A stretch of 64,000 bases of DNA from Pedobacter sp. (GTDB taxonomy: Bacteria; Desulfobacterota; Desulfuromonadia; Desulfuromonadales; Syntrophotaleaceae). Where the stretch lies: positions 64,001 through 128,000 of the forward strand of contig JBFWJC010000004.1 of assembly GCA_050253415.1 (NCBI GenBank). Direction: 5' to 3'. A program made the position numbers and the translations under genes. Below the pieces are notes generated by a model. The model saw only the letters and a list, made by a program, of their open reading frames with translations, was not told where the DNA came from and ran no database searches. Positions 47,618-57,598 of this stretch are shown here, in pieces (the stretch's first letter is position 1; every line of letters begins with the position of its first letter).

Positions 47618-49348
47618 TCAAGCTTCATGACACAATCCACATCGATGACAACCGGGCCCGCAGGCCGGAGTTAATTCGCCTGCCAGAGCGCGCTGGTATT
47701 CCGACCACAAAAATCGACGTGGCACACCCTGGTCAACAATTTCCCAGGGGAAGACCTCATCCTGACCGCGCTCCCGCGTCACAAAAAAATCGGCATTGAG
47801 TTCTTCCTGACGGCAAGCCTTGGCCAGGCTTTCTCCCCCTGCCAGATGCGGCAACAATCGTCCCACCCTGCGATCCCCCCGGGACAACAACGCCTGCAGT
47901 TCCGCTGATTTCAGCGACTCGCAGATCAGGCTGGTGTTGGCCAGACGACCAACCCGACGCCTGAGCTGCTGAACTTTCTTCTTCAGTGTTGATGCCGGTT
48001 CCATGGCCGCCCACTGCAAGGGTGTGAAGGGCTTGGGAATAAAGGGGTTGACCGACAAGGTCAGGTTGCCGAGCCGCCCACGCCGTCGGCCCGCTTCAAG
48101 CCACACGTGACGGACTTTTTCTGCCAGTTCCAGCAGTTCGTCAAGATCCGCCGCCGTTTCGGTGGGCAAACCGATGAGAAAATAGAGTTTGAGATTAGGG
48201 ATACCGCCTTCGGCAATCAAGTGAGCCGCCGCAAGGATCTGCTGTTCATCCAGACCTTTATTGATGAGATCGCGCAACCGCTGACTGCCGGCCTCGGGAG
48301 CAATCGCTACGGTGCGATGACCGGAGACCGCCATGGCTTCGACCTCCCGGGCCGTCAGGGAATCGATACGCAAGCTGGCCACCGATATCTCGCCTCCAGC
48401 ATCCATGATCTGGCGGCTGATGGCACCGATCTCGCCGTGGTCGGCCACCGCCGGACTGACCAGCCCGACCCGCTGCCGGTGCGCAAGCCCTTCGGCCAGT
48501 TCATCCTGAAGGGCTTCCAGACTGCGTTCCCGGGGCGGCAGATAGATGTAGCCCGCAGCACAAAACCGGCATTTGCGGGAGCACCCGCGTGAAATCTCGA
48601 CCAGCGCCATATCACCGAATTCCGTGTCATCGGTATAGATACAGGAGCGACTGGCGGTACCGTCAAGCTGGCGCACCCACTGGCGTTCAACCCGCTGCGG
48701 GATACCGGGCTCGGGCACGTAGGCGGACACGGTGCCATCGGTGCGGTAGTCCACCCTGTACAGCGAAGGCACATAGATACCGGGCAGATGTGCCAAAGTG
48801 CGAAGCAGGTCGGCTCGGTCGCCTTTGGCCTTCTGAAAAACTTCGATCAGCGCCGGCAGCAGCGGCTCCCCTTCACCGACAGCAAACAGATCCATGATCC
48901 CGGCCAGCGGCTCAGGATTAAGAAATGCGCAAACCCCACCGCACAGAACCGGAGAATAGGCATCGCCACGCTCGTCGGCCATCAGCGGCATATGCGCCAG
49001 TTCGAACACTGTGGGCAGATTCAGGTAGTCGTTCTCAAACGAAATCGAAAACGCGATCAGGTCGAATTCATCGAGAAAACGCCCTGATTCAAGGGAAAAA
49101 AGCGGATAACCGGTCTTACGATGCTCCTTCAGGTCCTCCGGGTCGGGCAGGAAAAACCGCTCGCACAGGGTATCCTCGCGGCTATTGAGCCATTCGTAGA
49201 CGGTATGAAAACCAAGATTGCTCATGGCCTGATGATAAACATTGGGGTACACCAGGGCCACACTCAAGCGACCACCCCACGGATTGGCAGATAGACCGCT
49301 TTCAGCGGCCCGCCGGTGCTGCGCTTTGTCCAACAGCTTTCGTGACAT
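47618..49348 (-). CDS. B12-binding-like radical SAM protein (TIGR03960-like)
   Basis: YPNVYHQAMSNLG, CxxxCxxC (RGCSRKCRFC), APEAGSQRLR, FIPKPFTP and C-terminal CGPGCHRCGLC; start MSRKLL. Confidence 0.88.
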   Translation of the reverse strand: MSRKLLDKAQHRRAAESGLSANPWGGRLSVALVYPNVYHQAMSNLGFHTVYEWLNSREDTLCERFFLPDPEDLKEHRKTGYPLFSLESGRFLDEFDLIAFSISFENDYLNLPTVFELAHMPLMADERGDAYSPVLCGGVCAFLNPEPLAGIMDLFAVGEGEPLLPALIEVFQKAKGDRADLLRTLAHLPGIYVPSLYRVDYRTDGTVSAYVPEPGIPQRVERQWVRQLDGTASRSCIYTDDTEFGDMALVEISRGCSRKCRFCAAGYIYLPPRERSLEALQDELAEGLAHRQRVGLVSPAVADHGEIGAISRQIMDAGGEISVASLRIDSLTAREVEAMAVSGHRTVAIAPEAGSQRLRDLINKGLDEQQILAAAHLIAEGGIPNLKLYFLIGLPTETAADLDELLELAEKVRHVWLEAGRRRGRLGNLTLSVNPFIPKPFTPLQWAAMEPASTLKKKVQQLRRRVGRLANTSLICESLKSAELQALLSRGDRRVGRLLPHLAGGESLAKACRQEELNADFFVTRERGQDEVFPWEIVDQGVPRRFLWSEYQRALAGELTPACGPGCHRCGLCHEA

Positions 49349-49682
49349 AGATTGACTTCTCTCTGATCCGTAACATGCCAAGCAAAACAACGGGTTGCTA
49401 ATAAAACGTATCTTAACCCAACAGGGCCCAAGAGAAAAGGCGGCATTCATGTAAGGAAGGAACCAAGGATCCCCCAAATAAAAAATAAATTATTATATCC
49501 CTATATATTTCCTACCACATGGTCGATCTAATGAGTAGAATGGCACCTCAAACTCGAACTATCATTGCACTCTATTCGCCATAATGCTGTGGTTGTTTTT
49601 CAACCCGTTCTTATTCGCCAAGTTACGATACATCCCTGCGATTAAGAAAAGCTTCAACCTCATATCCACTCCGGGAGTACCC

Positions 49683-52600
49683 ATGACCCCCTGGCGCCAT
49701 TTGTCTGTTGGAGCCCGCTTGTTGGCCGGCTTTTCCATTGTATTACTTATCGCTGTATTATTGGTGATGGTCGGACTGTCACGACTGACGGACCTGCACC
49801 ATGACATCGACTACCTTGTCAACAACCGCATGGAAGCCCAATATCTGGCCGAGGATCTGCGTCGCGATATTTTCAAGGCACAGCAGATCGCTCTACACAT
49901 CATTCTCACGGGTCAGGAAACCGACAGCGCCAGTCGGGCCGCCATCGAGTTGTTGCGGCAAAACAATAACCAACGTGCAGCCGGCATCGAGGAAAACCTG
50001 CGCACCGATGAGGGACAAGGGTTATGGGCTGCCATGCAGGAAACAAAGAACCGGGCGCGACCGCTTCTGGATCGAACACTGAGCATGGCTTTGTCCAACC
50101 AAAAAGACCAGGCCCGGCAGTTCTTTCAGGAACAGGCAGGACCGGCCCATGCCGCCTGGGTGGAATCCATTGAGAAGCTGGTGGATCATCTCAAGCAAAA
50201 GGTTGCTGAAGCCCACGCCGATGCCGATGCCGCTTACGAATTCGGCCGTAAGGTCATGCTGGCTCTTGCAGGCTTGGCGCTGCTACTGGGAGCTGCCCTG
50301 GCCATCGCTCTGGCCCGCAGTATAACCAAACCGCTGAATGCCGCCATGCTGGTTGCCAACCAGATTGCCAAAGGGCGTCCCTACGCTTCAAACAAGGATT
50401 TTTTTGAAGGGCGTAAAAATATTGCCGATCAGTATGAGTTTCAACGGGAAGACCAGGTCGGCAAGACCCTCGGCGCCATGCTGGACAATCTATGGGACTT
50501 CGCCTGCGCCAACTACCGAGAGCAGTGGCTTAAAACCGGTCAACGGGATCTGGCCGACAGCATGCGTGGCCAGTCGGAAGTCGAGGATCTGGCCCGCAGA
50601 ATCATCACCTTTATTGCCAAATACGTCACCGCGCAGGTAGGAGTCATTTACATCACCGACAACAGCGGAGACCTGCACCTGTGTGCCAGTTACGCTCATA
50701 CCCGCCGCAAACGGCTGGTAGATCACATCAAACCCGGCGAAGGACTGGTAGGACAGGCGGTGCTGGAGCGCCAACCGATCATGGTCTCGAATATACCGGA
50801 TGACTATATCGCCATTACCTCAGGGCTTGGGGAGATGCCGCCGCGGCACCTGCTGGTCATACCGCTGGAATATGAGGGACAGATCAAAGGCGCCATCGAA
50901 CTCGGTTCGGTGTTTGCTTTCAGCGATATTCAGCTGCAGTTTCTGCAAAGTGTGGCGGAAAGCATCGCCATCGCAGTTCAGTCCGCCCAGAATCAGACAG
51001 AACTGGCCCATCTGCTCGACCAGTCGCAGGCCATGTCCGAAGAGCTACAGGCACAACAGGAGGAGTTGCGCGCCTCGAACGAGGAAATGGAAGAACAGAC
51101 CCGCCTGCTGCGCCAGTCGGAAGAACGTCTCAAAGCCCAGAGCGAAGAACTGCAGCAAATCAACGCTGAACTCGAGGAAAAAAGCGAAAGCCTGGAACGC
51201 CAGAAGTCCGATGTGCAACGTCAAAACCGTCAACTGGAAGAAACCGGTGAGGCACTGGAACTGCAGGCCCGGGAATTGGAACGCGCCAGCCGCTACAAAT
51301 CGGAATTTCTGGCCAACATGTCCCATGAATTGCGCACCCCCCTCAATAGCCTGCTAATTCTGGCCAAGGATCTCCTCGATAACGAGGAAAAGAATCTGTC
51401 GGAGGAACAACTGGAATCGGTTGCCATCATCCGTAAGGGGGGGATCGACCTTCTGACCCTGATTAATGAAATCCTCGATTTATCCAAGATCGAATCGGGT
51501 AAAATGACCATGCAACCCGAAAACCTGGCATTGCCTTCTTTCATCGACGCCCTGCGCTCCCAGTTCGAGCCGATGTCCCGGTACAAGGACGTTGAGTTCC
51601 ACACCGTTCAGGCGGCCGACCTGCCGGCATCGATCCTGATCGATCCGCTGCGATTGGAGCAGATTCTCAAAAACCTGCTTTCCAACGCCTTTAAATTCAC
51701 CCATCAGGGATCGGTCACGCTGCACCTGGAACCGGCCCCGCCGGAACTTGCCAAGGAACCGTCCCTGGTGTTTGCGGTTAAGGACACGGGCATCGGCATC
51801 CCTGCGGAGAAGCAGCGGGATATATTTGAAGCATTCCAGCAGGCCGATGGATCGACGGTCCGCCAGTATGGGGGCACCGGCCTTGGCCTGACCATCTCAC
51901 GGGAGCTGGCCAGACTTCTGGGCGGGCGCCTCATGCTGGAAAGCGCGGTAGGCGTCGGCAGCACCTTTACCCTGGTCGTACCCTTACGTGCACCGCAACC
52001 CCAGGTTGTTGCCAGTGCACCGGCACGGACCGTTCAACCTGTTTCCGTACCGGTATCTCTACCGCCTGTAACTTTCACCCCCGCGCCGGCCCCTTATCTG
52101 GATGATGACCGGACCCAGTTGCAACCGGGAGACAAATCGTTGCTGGTGGTGGAGGATGATCCGGTGTTTGCCAAAACCATGCTTGGCATGGCCGAAAAGC
52201 GTGGGTTCAAACGTCTGGCTGCCGGTGATGGACGCTCTGCTCTGGCCTTGGCCGTCAAACACCAGCCAAGTGCCATCATCCTTGATCTCGGCCTACCGGA
52301 CCTTCCCGGAGAGGAAGTACTGCAACAACTCAAGACCAACCGGGCAACGCGGCATATTCCGGTTCACATCGTTTCGGCCCGTGACCGCGACATGCGCTTC
52401 ATGCAACAGGGTGCCATCGGCTTTATCAGCAAACCGGTCAGCCGTGCGGATCTCGGCCAGGTGTTTCAGCAGGTGGAGGGCTTGCTCGACAAAAAGGTCA
52501 AGGAACTGCTGATCATCGAGGACGATTCGACGGCCCAGAAAGCCCTTACAACACTGCTTGGGGACGACGATATCCGCATTACCTGCATGAATACTGCCGA

Positions 52601-53321
52601 ACAAGCTCTGTCAGCATTGCAAAACACCCTTTTTGACTGCATCATTCTTGACCTGACCCTGCCGGGGATGTCGGGGCAGGAGTTTCTTCACAAACTGCAT
52701 GAGCGCCAGGGCGAGGATTCCTTGCCGCCCGTTATCGTCTATACCGGCCAGGAACTATCCGAAGAGGCTTACAATGACTTGAGCGTGTTTGCCGATAGCG
52801 TGGTGGTCAAAGGGATCAACTCGCCGGAAAGATTGCTGGCGGAAGTGACTCTGTTTTTACACACTATCGATACCGCCCTGCCCCTGGAGCAACGGCTCCA
52901 GCCCCCCATGTTGCGCGACCATGACGATATTCTGCAAGGCCGCAATATCCTGTTGGTTGATGATGATGTGCGCAACACCTTCGCCCTTTCCCAGGTTCTG
53001 CGCAAGCATGGCCTGCAAGTAAGCCTGGCCGATGACGGGGAACTGGCACTGAAAAAACTGGCCATGGAACCTGACATCGAGCTGGTGCTGATGGATATCA
53101 TGATGCCGGTCATGGACGGATATGAAGCCATGCGTCGCATCCGCGCACAGCAGCGCTTTGCTAACTTACCGATCATCGCCTTGACTGCCAAAGCCATGTC
53201 CGAAGATCGTGCCCTCTGCCTTGAAGCCGGTGCCGATGACTATCTGTCCAAACCGGTCGATATGGACAAACTTCTCAGTCTGCTGCGTGTCTATCTGAGC
53301 CGGCAGGGAGATAAACCGTGA
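49683..53321 (+). CDS. Hybrid sensor histidine kinase (4HB MCP-type sensor, HAMP, GAF, methyl-accepting coiled coil, HisKA/HATPase, three REC)
   Basis: LSVGARLLAGF plus two TM; GEGLVGQA (GAF); EELQAQQEELRASNEE; FLANMSHELRTPLN; GGTGLGL; three receiver domains. Confidence 0.93.
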   Translation: MTPWRHLSVGARLLAGFSIVLLIAVLLVMVGLSRLTDLHHDIDYLVNNRMEAQYLAEDLRRDIFKAQQIALHIILTGQETDSASRAAIELLRQNNNQRAAGIEENLRTDEGQGLWAAMQETKNRARPLLDRTLSMALSNQKDQARQFFQEQAGPAHAAWVESIEKLVDHLKQKVAEAHADADAAYEFGRKVMLALAGLALLLGAALAIALARSITKPLNAAMLVANQIAKGRPYASNKDFFEGRKNIADQYEFQREDQVGKTLGAMLDNLWDFACANYREQWLKTGQRDLADSMRGQSEVEDLARRIITFIAKYVTAQVGVIYITDNSGDLHLCASYAHTRRKRLVDHIKPGEGLVGQAVLERQPIMVSNIPDDYIAITSGLGEMPPRHLLVIPLEYEGQIKGAIELGSVFAFSDIQLQFLQSVAESIAIAVQSAQNQTELAHLLDQSQAMSEELQAQQEELRASNEEMEEQTRLLRQSEERLKAQSEELQQINAELEEKSESLERQKSDVQRQNRQLEETGEALELQARELERASRYKSEFLANMSHELRTPLNSLLILAKDLLDNEEKNLSEEQLESVAIIRKGGIDLLTLINEILDLSKIESGKMTMQPENLALPSFIDALRSQFEPMSRYKDVEFHTVQAADLPASILIDPLRLEQILKNLLSNAFKFTHQGSVTLHLEPAPPELAKEPSLVFAVKDTGIGIPAEKQRDIFEAFQQADGSTVRQYGGTGLGLTISRELARLLGGRLMLESAVGVGSTFTLVVPLRAPQPQVVASAPARTVQPVSVPVSLPPVTFTPAPAPYLDDDRTQLQPGDKSLLVVEDDPVFAKTMLGMAEKRGFKRLAAGDGRSALALAVKHQPSAIILDLGLPDLPGEEVLQQLKTNRATRHIPVHIVSARDRDMRFMQQGAIGFISKPVSRADLGQVFQQVEGLLDKKVKELLIIEDDSTAQKALTTLLGDDDIRITCMNTAEQALSALQNTLFDCIILDLTLPGMSGQEFLHKLHERQGEDSLPPVIVYTGQELSEEAYNDLSVFADSVVVKGINSPERLLAEVTLFLHTIDTALPLEQRLQPPMLRDHDDILQGRNILLVDDDVRNTFALSQVLRKHGLQVSLADDGELALKKLAMEPDIELVLMDIMMPVMDGYEAMRRIRAQQRFANLPIIALTAKAMSEDRALCLEAGADDYLSKPVDMDKLLSLLRVYLSRQGDKP

Positions 53322-54148
53322 TCGACATGTGCGAGCCGGAACTTGAGGATCTGGAGATCGATCTGGTCCTGGAAGCGTTGCAGCGCCGATATGGCTACGA
53401 TTTTCGACATTACGCTCGCGCTACCCTCAAACGTCGTCTGGAAAAACGCTGTCAGGCCGCCGGATTGAACCATCTTTCGGAGATGCTGCCGATACTACTG
53501 CGGGATAAGGAATTCGTCGACCTGCTATTACGCGACATGTCGGTGGTCGTAACCGAAATGTTCCGCGACCCGGATTTTTTCAAAACCCTGCGCAACAAGG
53601 TAGTCCCGCAACTACGCACCTGGCCTTATCTCAAAGTCTGGCATGCCGGTTGCGCCACGGGGGAAGAATTATACTCCATGGCCATTCTGCTTACGGAAGA
53701 AGGACTGTATGAGCGCACCCGTTTTTATGCCACGGATTTCAACAGCCAGGCGCTTGCAATCGCTCGCGAAGGTATTTACCCCCTGGACAGGGTGGAGAAA
53801 TTCGCACGCAACTATCGTCAATCCGGGGGAATGGCTTCTTTTTCCGACTACAGCCTGGCCCGCTATCGCTCGGTCATGCTCAAACCGGAGTTGCGCAAGC
53901 GGGTAACCTTTGCCACCCACAACCTGGTGACGGACGGGGTATTCGGCGACATGAATCTCATCGTCTGTCGCAACGTGCTGATATATTTCGACAAAACCCT
54001 GCAGAACCGGGTACTGGAACTGTTTCGCGACAGCCTTTGCCATCTCGGGTTTTTATGCCTGGGGAATAAAGAAACGCTGGATTTCTCCTCCGTGGCCGAT
54101 GATTTTGAAGTTATCGACCGCGAACAACGCATCTATCGAAAGCGCTAG
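53318..54148 (+). CDS. cheR: CheR-type protein-glutamate O-methyltransferase
   Basis: YGYDFRHY, TEMFRDP, WHAGCATGEELYS and CRNVLIYF. Confidence 0.95.
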   Translation: MIDMCEPELEDLEIDLVLEALQRRYGYDFRHYARATLKRRLEKRCQAAGLNHLSEMLPILLRDKEFVDLLLRDMSVVVTEMFRDPDFFKTLRNKVVPQLRTWPYLKVWHAGCATGEELYSMAILLTEEGLYERTRFYATDFNSQALAIAREGIYPLDRVEKFARNYRQSGGMASFSDYSLARYRSVMLKPELRKRVTFATHNLVTDGVFGDMNLIVCRNVLIYFDKTLQNRVLELFRDSLCHLGFLCLGNKETLDFSSVADDFEVIDREQRIYRKR

Positions 54149-54159
54149 GAGTTTGTCGG

Positions 54160-54768
54160 ATGAACTCAAAAGCGAACCAGCGACCGATCAGGGCTATCGT
54201 CATAGGAGTTTCGGCAGGCGGGCTGCATGCTCTGCAGCAGATTCTTCCGCATTTACCTGCCGATTTTCCCCGGCCGGTTATGGTCGTGCAACACCGCGCT
54301 GCCGATAGCCATGGGTTTCTTGCAGAATTTTTAGATGGCAGGTGCGCCATCGCCGTCAAGGAAGCGGGCATGAATGAACCGCTTCGCCGTGGTGTCGTCT
54401 ACCTGGCACCGGCCGATTATCACTTGCTGGTGGAAAACGCCGAAACCCTGGCATTATCCATCGATCCGCCGGTACATTACTCGCGTCCTGCTATCGACGT
54501 ATTGTTTGAAAGTGCGGCAGACGTTTTTCGCGAAAACCTGGTTGCGGTTATTCTAACCGGCGCCAACAGCGATGGCTGCCAGGGCGCAATGCGCGTCAAG
54601 GCTCTCGGCGGCCTGGTTATCGTACAGGATCCAGCTACCGCAGAAGTCGACACCATGCCCACGGCAACTCTGCGCGCGGTGAGCGTCGATCATATATTAC
54701 CTTTGGAAGAAATAGGCCCCTATCTGGCCGGCTTGCACGGGAGCACTCATGAACCAGCATCTTCTTAA
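54160..54768 (+). CDS. cheB: CheB-type methylesterase without REC domain
   Basis: IGVSAGG, VQH, APADYHLL, RPAIDVLFES and LTGANSDG. Confidence 0.94.
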   Translation: MNSKANQRPIRAIVIGVSAGGLHALQQILPHLPADFPRPVMVVQHRAADSHGFLAEFLDGRCAIAVKEAGMNEPLRRGVVYLAPADYHLLVENAETLALSIDPPVHYSRPAIDVLFESAADVFRENLVAVILTGANSDGCQGAMRVKALGGLVIVQDPATAEVDTMPTATLRAVSVDHILPLEEIGPYLAGLHGSTHEPASS

Positions 54769-54811
54769 ACACCAAATAAATAAATACCAAAGTTCGTTTG
54801 GACTGCATAGC

Positions 54812-56167
54812 ATGCCCAAACCTAAGGTTTTGCTGGTCGATGACCGCCAGGAAAACCTGCATGCACTGCAACGGCTTTTACGCTCACTCGATGCCGAACT
54901 GTTCTCGGCCACCAGTGGCACAGACGCCTTATCCCTGACCTTGCGTCACCAGTTTGCCCTGATTCTCCTTGATGTGCAGATGCCTGGCATGAACGGCTTT
55001 GAGGTGGCGGAATTTCTGCATGGCCATCCCGACACCCGCTCCATCCCGATTATTTTCATTACCGCCCTCAGCAAAGAAGAGCGCTACATTGCCAAGGGAT
55101 ATGAAGCCGGCGCCGTCGATTACCTCTCCAAACCATTGGATCCCGATACCCTGGTGACCAAAGTAAAGGTTTTCCTCGATCTCAATCGCAAAAGTCTTGA
55201 GCTGGAACAGACTCTGCTGGTCCTTTCCGAGTTGAACCACAAGCACAGGCTGCTGGTAGAATGCGCTGGAGAAGGGATTCTTGGCTTCGATGCAGACGGG
55301 TACATTACCTTTGCCAACCCCATGGCAAACACCATTCTGGCATCGGATGGCGGCAAACTGGTAGGACATCACCTCATGTACCTGTTCGGATCCGGCAAAA
55401 CGTCCCTTGCCGAATGGCAAGCCGGAGAGATTTACAAAGCCTGTCATTCCTGTAACCAGTTACGCAACGATGACACCATCCTTTGGAAACTTGACGGTAC
55501 CTCCTTTCCTGCCCAGTATACTTTAGCGCCTTACGAACCTGAAATGGGACTACGGGGCGGCGTCATGGTGATTCAGGATATTACCGTGCGCAAGCAGGCG
55601 GAACAGGCCCTTATTCGCCTGGCCAGCTTTGACTCCCTTACCGGCCTGGCCAACCGCATGCTGTTTATCAATTCTCTCAAGGAAGCGGTGTCCAAGGCCC
55701 GGCGTCATAACAAGCAGTTCGGATTGATTTTTCTTGATATGGACAAATTCAAGGATATCAACGACAACCTCGGCCACATGGCGGGTGATGACCTTTTGAG
55801 AATATTTGCCCAGCGTCTTAAAAGCTGTGTTCGCATCGAGGACATAGTCGCCCGGTTTGGGGGCGATGAATTCGCGATCCTTGTCGACGACATTTCCGAA
55901 CCTGCAAACCTCGCCTTCATGGCCGAAAAGATCATCTCACAAACTGCCATACCGGTAGAATTGAACGGTCGCAATATGTCCGTTTATACCAGTGCCGGAA
56001 TCGCTATCTACCCCGCCGATGGACAAACCGCCGAAGAACTGCTGCACGCCGCCGATACCGCCATGTATAAAGCCAAGGACAATGGCCGCAACGGATTCTG
56101 TTTTCATTCTTCCTTCGCCTGCCCCTTGCCTTCACAGAACCGTTCTTTGTCTTCAACGCCAAACTAA
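54812..56167 (+). CDS. REC-PAS-GGDEF diguanylate cyclase
   Basis: REC (LVDD...LDVQMP), PAS, DSLTGLANR and RIED-IVARFGGDEF. Start uncertain (54749 or 54812). Confidence 0.92.
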   Translation: MPKPKVLLVDDRQENLHALQRLLRSLDAELFSATSGTDALSLTLRHQFALILLDVQMPGMNGFEVAEFLHGHPDTRSIPIIFITALSKEERYIAKGYEAGAVDYLSKPLDPDTLVTKVKVFLDLNRKSLELEQTLLVLSELNHKHRLLVECAGEGILGFDADGYITFANPMANTILASDGGKLVGHHLMYLFGSGKTSLAEWQAGEIYKACHSCNQLRNDDTILWKLDGTSFPAQYTLAPYEPEMGLRGGVMVIQDITVRKQAEQALIRLASFDSLTGLANRMLFINSLKEAVSKARRHNKQFGLIFLDMDKFKDINDNLGHMAGDDLLRIFAQRLKSCVRIEDIVARFGGDEFAILVDDISEPANLAFMAEKIISQTAIPVELNGRNMSVYTSAGIAIYPADGQTAEELLHAADTAMYKAKDNGRNGFCFHSSFACPLPSQNRSLSSTPN

Positions 56168-56170
56168 AAA

Positions 56171-56201
56171 AGCGAGGGAACCGTTTATCGGTTCCCTCGC
56201 T
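56171..56201. terminator. Terminator between the convergent DGC gene and ftsZ
   Basis: AGCGAGGGAACCG-tttat-CGGTTCCCTCGCT with a T tail on the minus strand. Confidence 0.85.
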
Positions 56202-56359
56202 CAGGGAGTCGGAGAAGTCTGAATTTTAGAAAACAATATCCCCGATCAATCGGAAAACCCGATTAACCAAACAGCATCGCCGGTTATAAGGGAAAAAAGC
56301 GGAGAACTTGATTCCCGGCCGGTTCAGCCCGACGGATCGTCAGAAGATCAGGGCAGTTG

Positions 56360-57520
56360 TCAGTCGACCCTTTTGCGCATGAAGGTGGGAATATCGTATT
56401 CATGCTCTTCGCCCAGCGGCGTACGGAAAGCCGTGGGTGAATCTTTTTGACGCTCACGGATAAAGGTCGGCAAATCGCGATCAACCTTGTCCAAACCTGA
56501 ACCCGCGCGGCTACGCAGTTCTTCTACGTTGCGACGCCCCTTTTCGAAAGAATCGCCAAAACCGGTAGCGATAGCGGTGATCTTGATGCGGTCGCCCATT
56601 TCGTCGTTGATCACGATACCCATGATAATATTGGCATCCTCATGGACCTTGTCATGAATGATGCTGGACGCCTCATCGAATTCTTCCATGGTCATGCTTG
56701 AGGAAGCGGTGATATTGACCAGCACACCTTTGGCACCGGAGATATCGATATCTTCCAGCAGCGGGCTGCTGATAGCCTTCTGCGCAGCTTCGGCGGCACG
56801 CCGCTCACCCTCGGCGATACCGATACCCATCATGGCCATGCCGCGTTCGCTCATGACCGCTTTGACGTCGGCGAAGTCGACGTTGATCAGACCGCTGGTG
56901 GTAATCAGTTCGGAGATACCCTGAACCGCCTGGTGCAGCACATCATCGGAAGGCTTGAAGGCATCGAGAATACTGGTATTTTTGCCGGAAAGTCCGAGCA
57001 GGCGATCATTGGGGATAACGATCAGCGAGTCGACCACATTTTTGAGATTATCGATCCCGAAGGCCGCCTTTTTCATGCGCTGCTTGCCTTCACGGCTGAA
57101 TGGCTTGGTTACCACCGCAACGGTCAGAGCCCCCTGCTCCTTGGCCACTTCGGCAATAATCGGCGCGGCTCCGGTACCGGTTCCACCCCCCAGGCCGGCA
57201 GCGATGAATACCATATCGGCACCTTCGAGAATTTCGGCCAATCGCGCGCGGTCTTCCTGTGCCGCGTCACGACCGACTTCAGGATTGGCGCCGGCGCCAA
57301 GCCCCTTGGTCAACTTGCCACCGATCTGCAATTTAACCGGCGCTTTGCTTTTGCGCAGTGCCTGGGCGTCGGTGTTGGCTGCCACAAAATCGACACCCTC
57401 CAATTCAGCCATGATCATGGTGTTGACGGCATTGTTGCCACCGCCACCAACGCCGATCACTTTAATTTTTGCCGTCTGGTCGATGTTTTCATCGAACTCG
57501 AACATGATATTATCCGACAT
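56360..57520 (-). CDS. ftsZ: Cell division protein FtsZ
   Basis: [23 protein letters not shown] and C-terminal DIPTFMRK. Confidence 0.99.
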   Translation of the reverse strand: MSDNIMFEFDENIDQTAKIKVIGVGGGGNNAVNTMIMAELEGVDFVAANTDAQALRKSKAPVKLQIGGKLTKGLGAGANPEVGRDAAQEDRARLAEILEGADMVFIAAGLGGGTGTGAAPIIAEVAKEQGALTVAVVTKPFSREGKQRMKKAAFGIDNLKNVVDSLIVIPNDRLLGLSGKNTSILDAFKPSDDVLHQAVQGISELITTSGLINVDFADVKAVMSERGMAMMGIGIAEGERRAAEAAQKAISSPLLEDIDISGAKGVLVNITASSSMTMEEFDEASSIIHDKVHEDANIIMGIVINDEMGDRIKITAIATGFGDSFEKGRRNVEELRSRAGSGLDKVDRDLPTFIRERQKDSPTAFRTPLGEEHEYDIPTFMRKRVD

Positions 57521-57598
57521 GACTCCCTCCGATCCCCTTGTTGGCCAAGGCTCTCCGTAACCCGGCCGCGTTTAAAATGTCGCACTACCCCGCCGCTA

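Noticed and set aside
47604..47622. ATTGATAATAACTCAA as a Fur/PerR box upstream of tpx
   Set aside because: Half-site spacing is shorter than the usual Fur palindrome and it overlaps the upstream stop codon; not supportable by eye.
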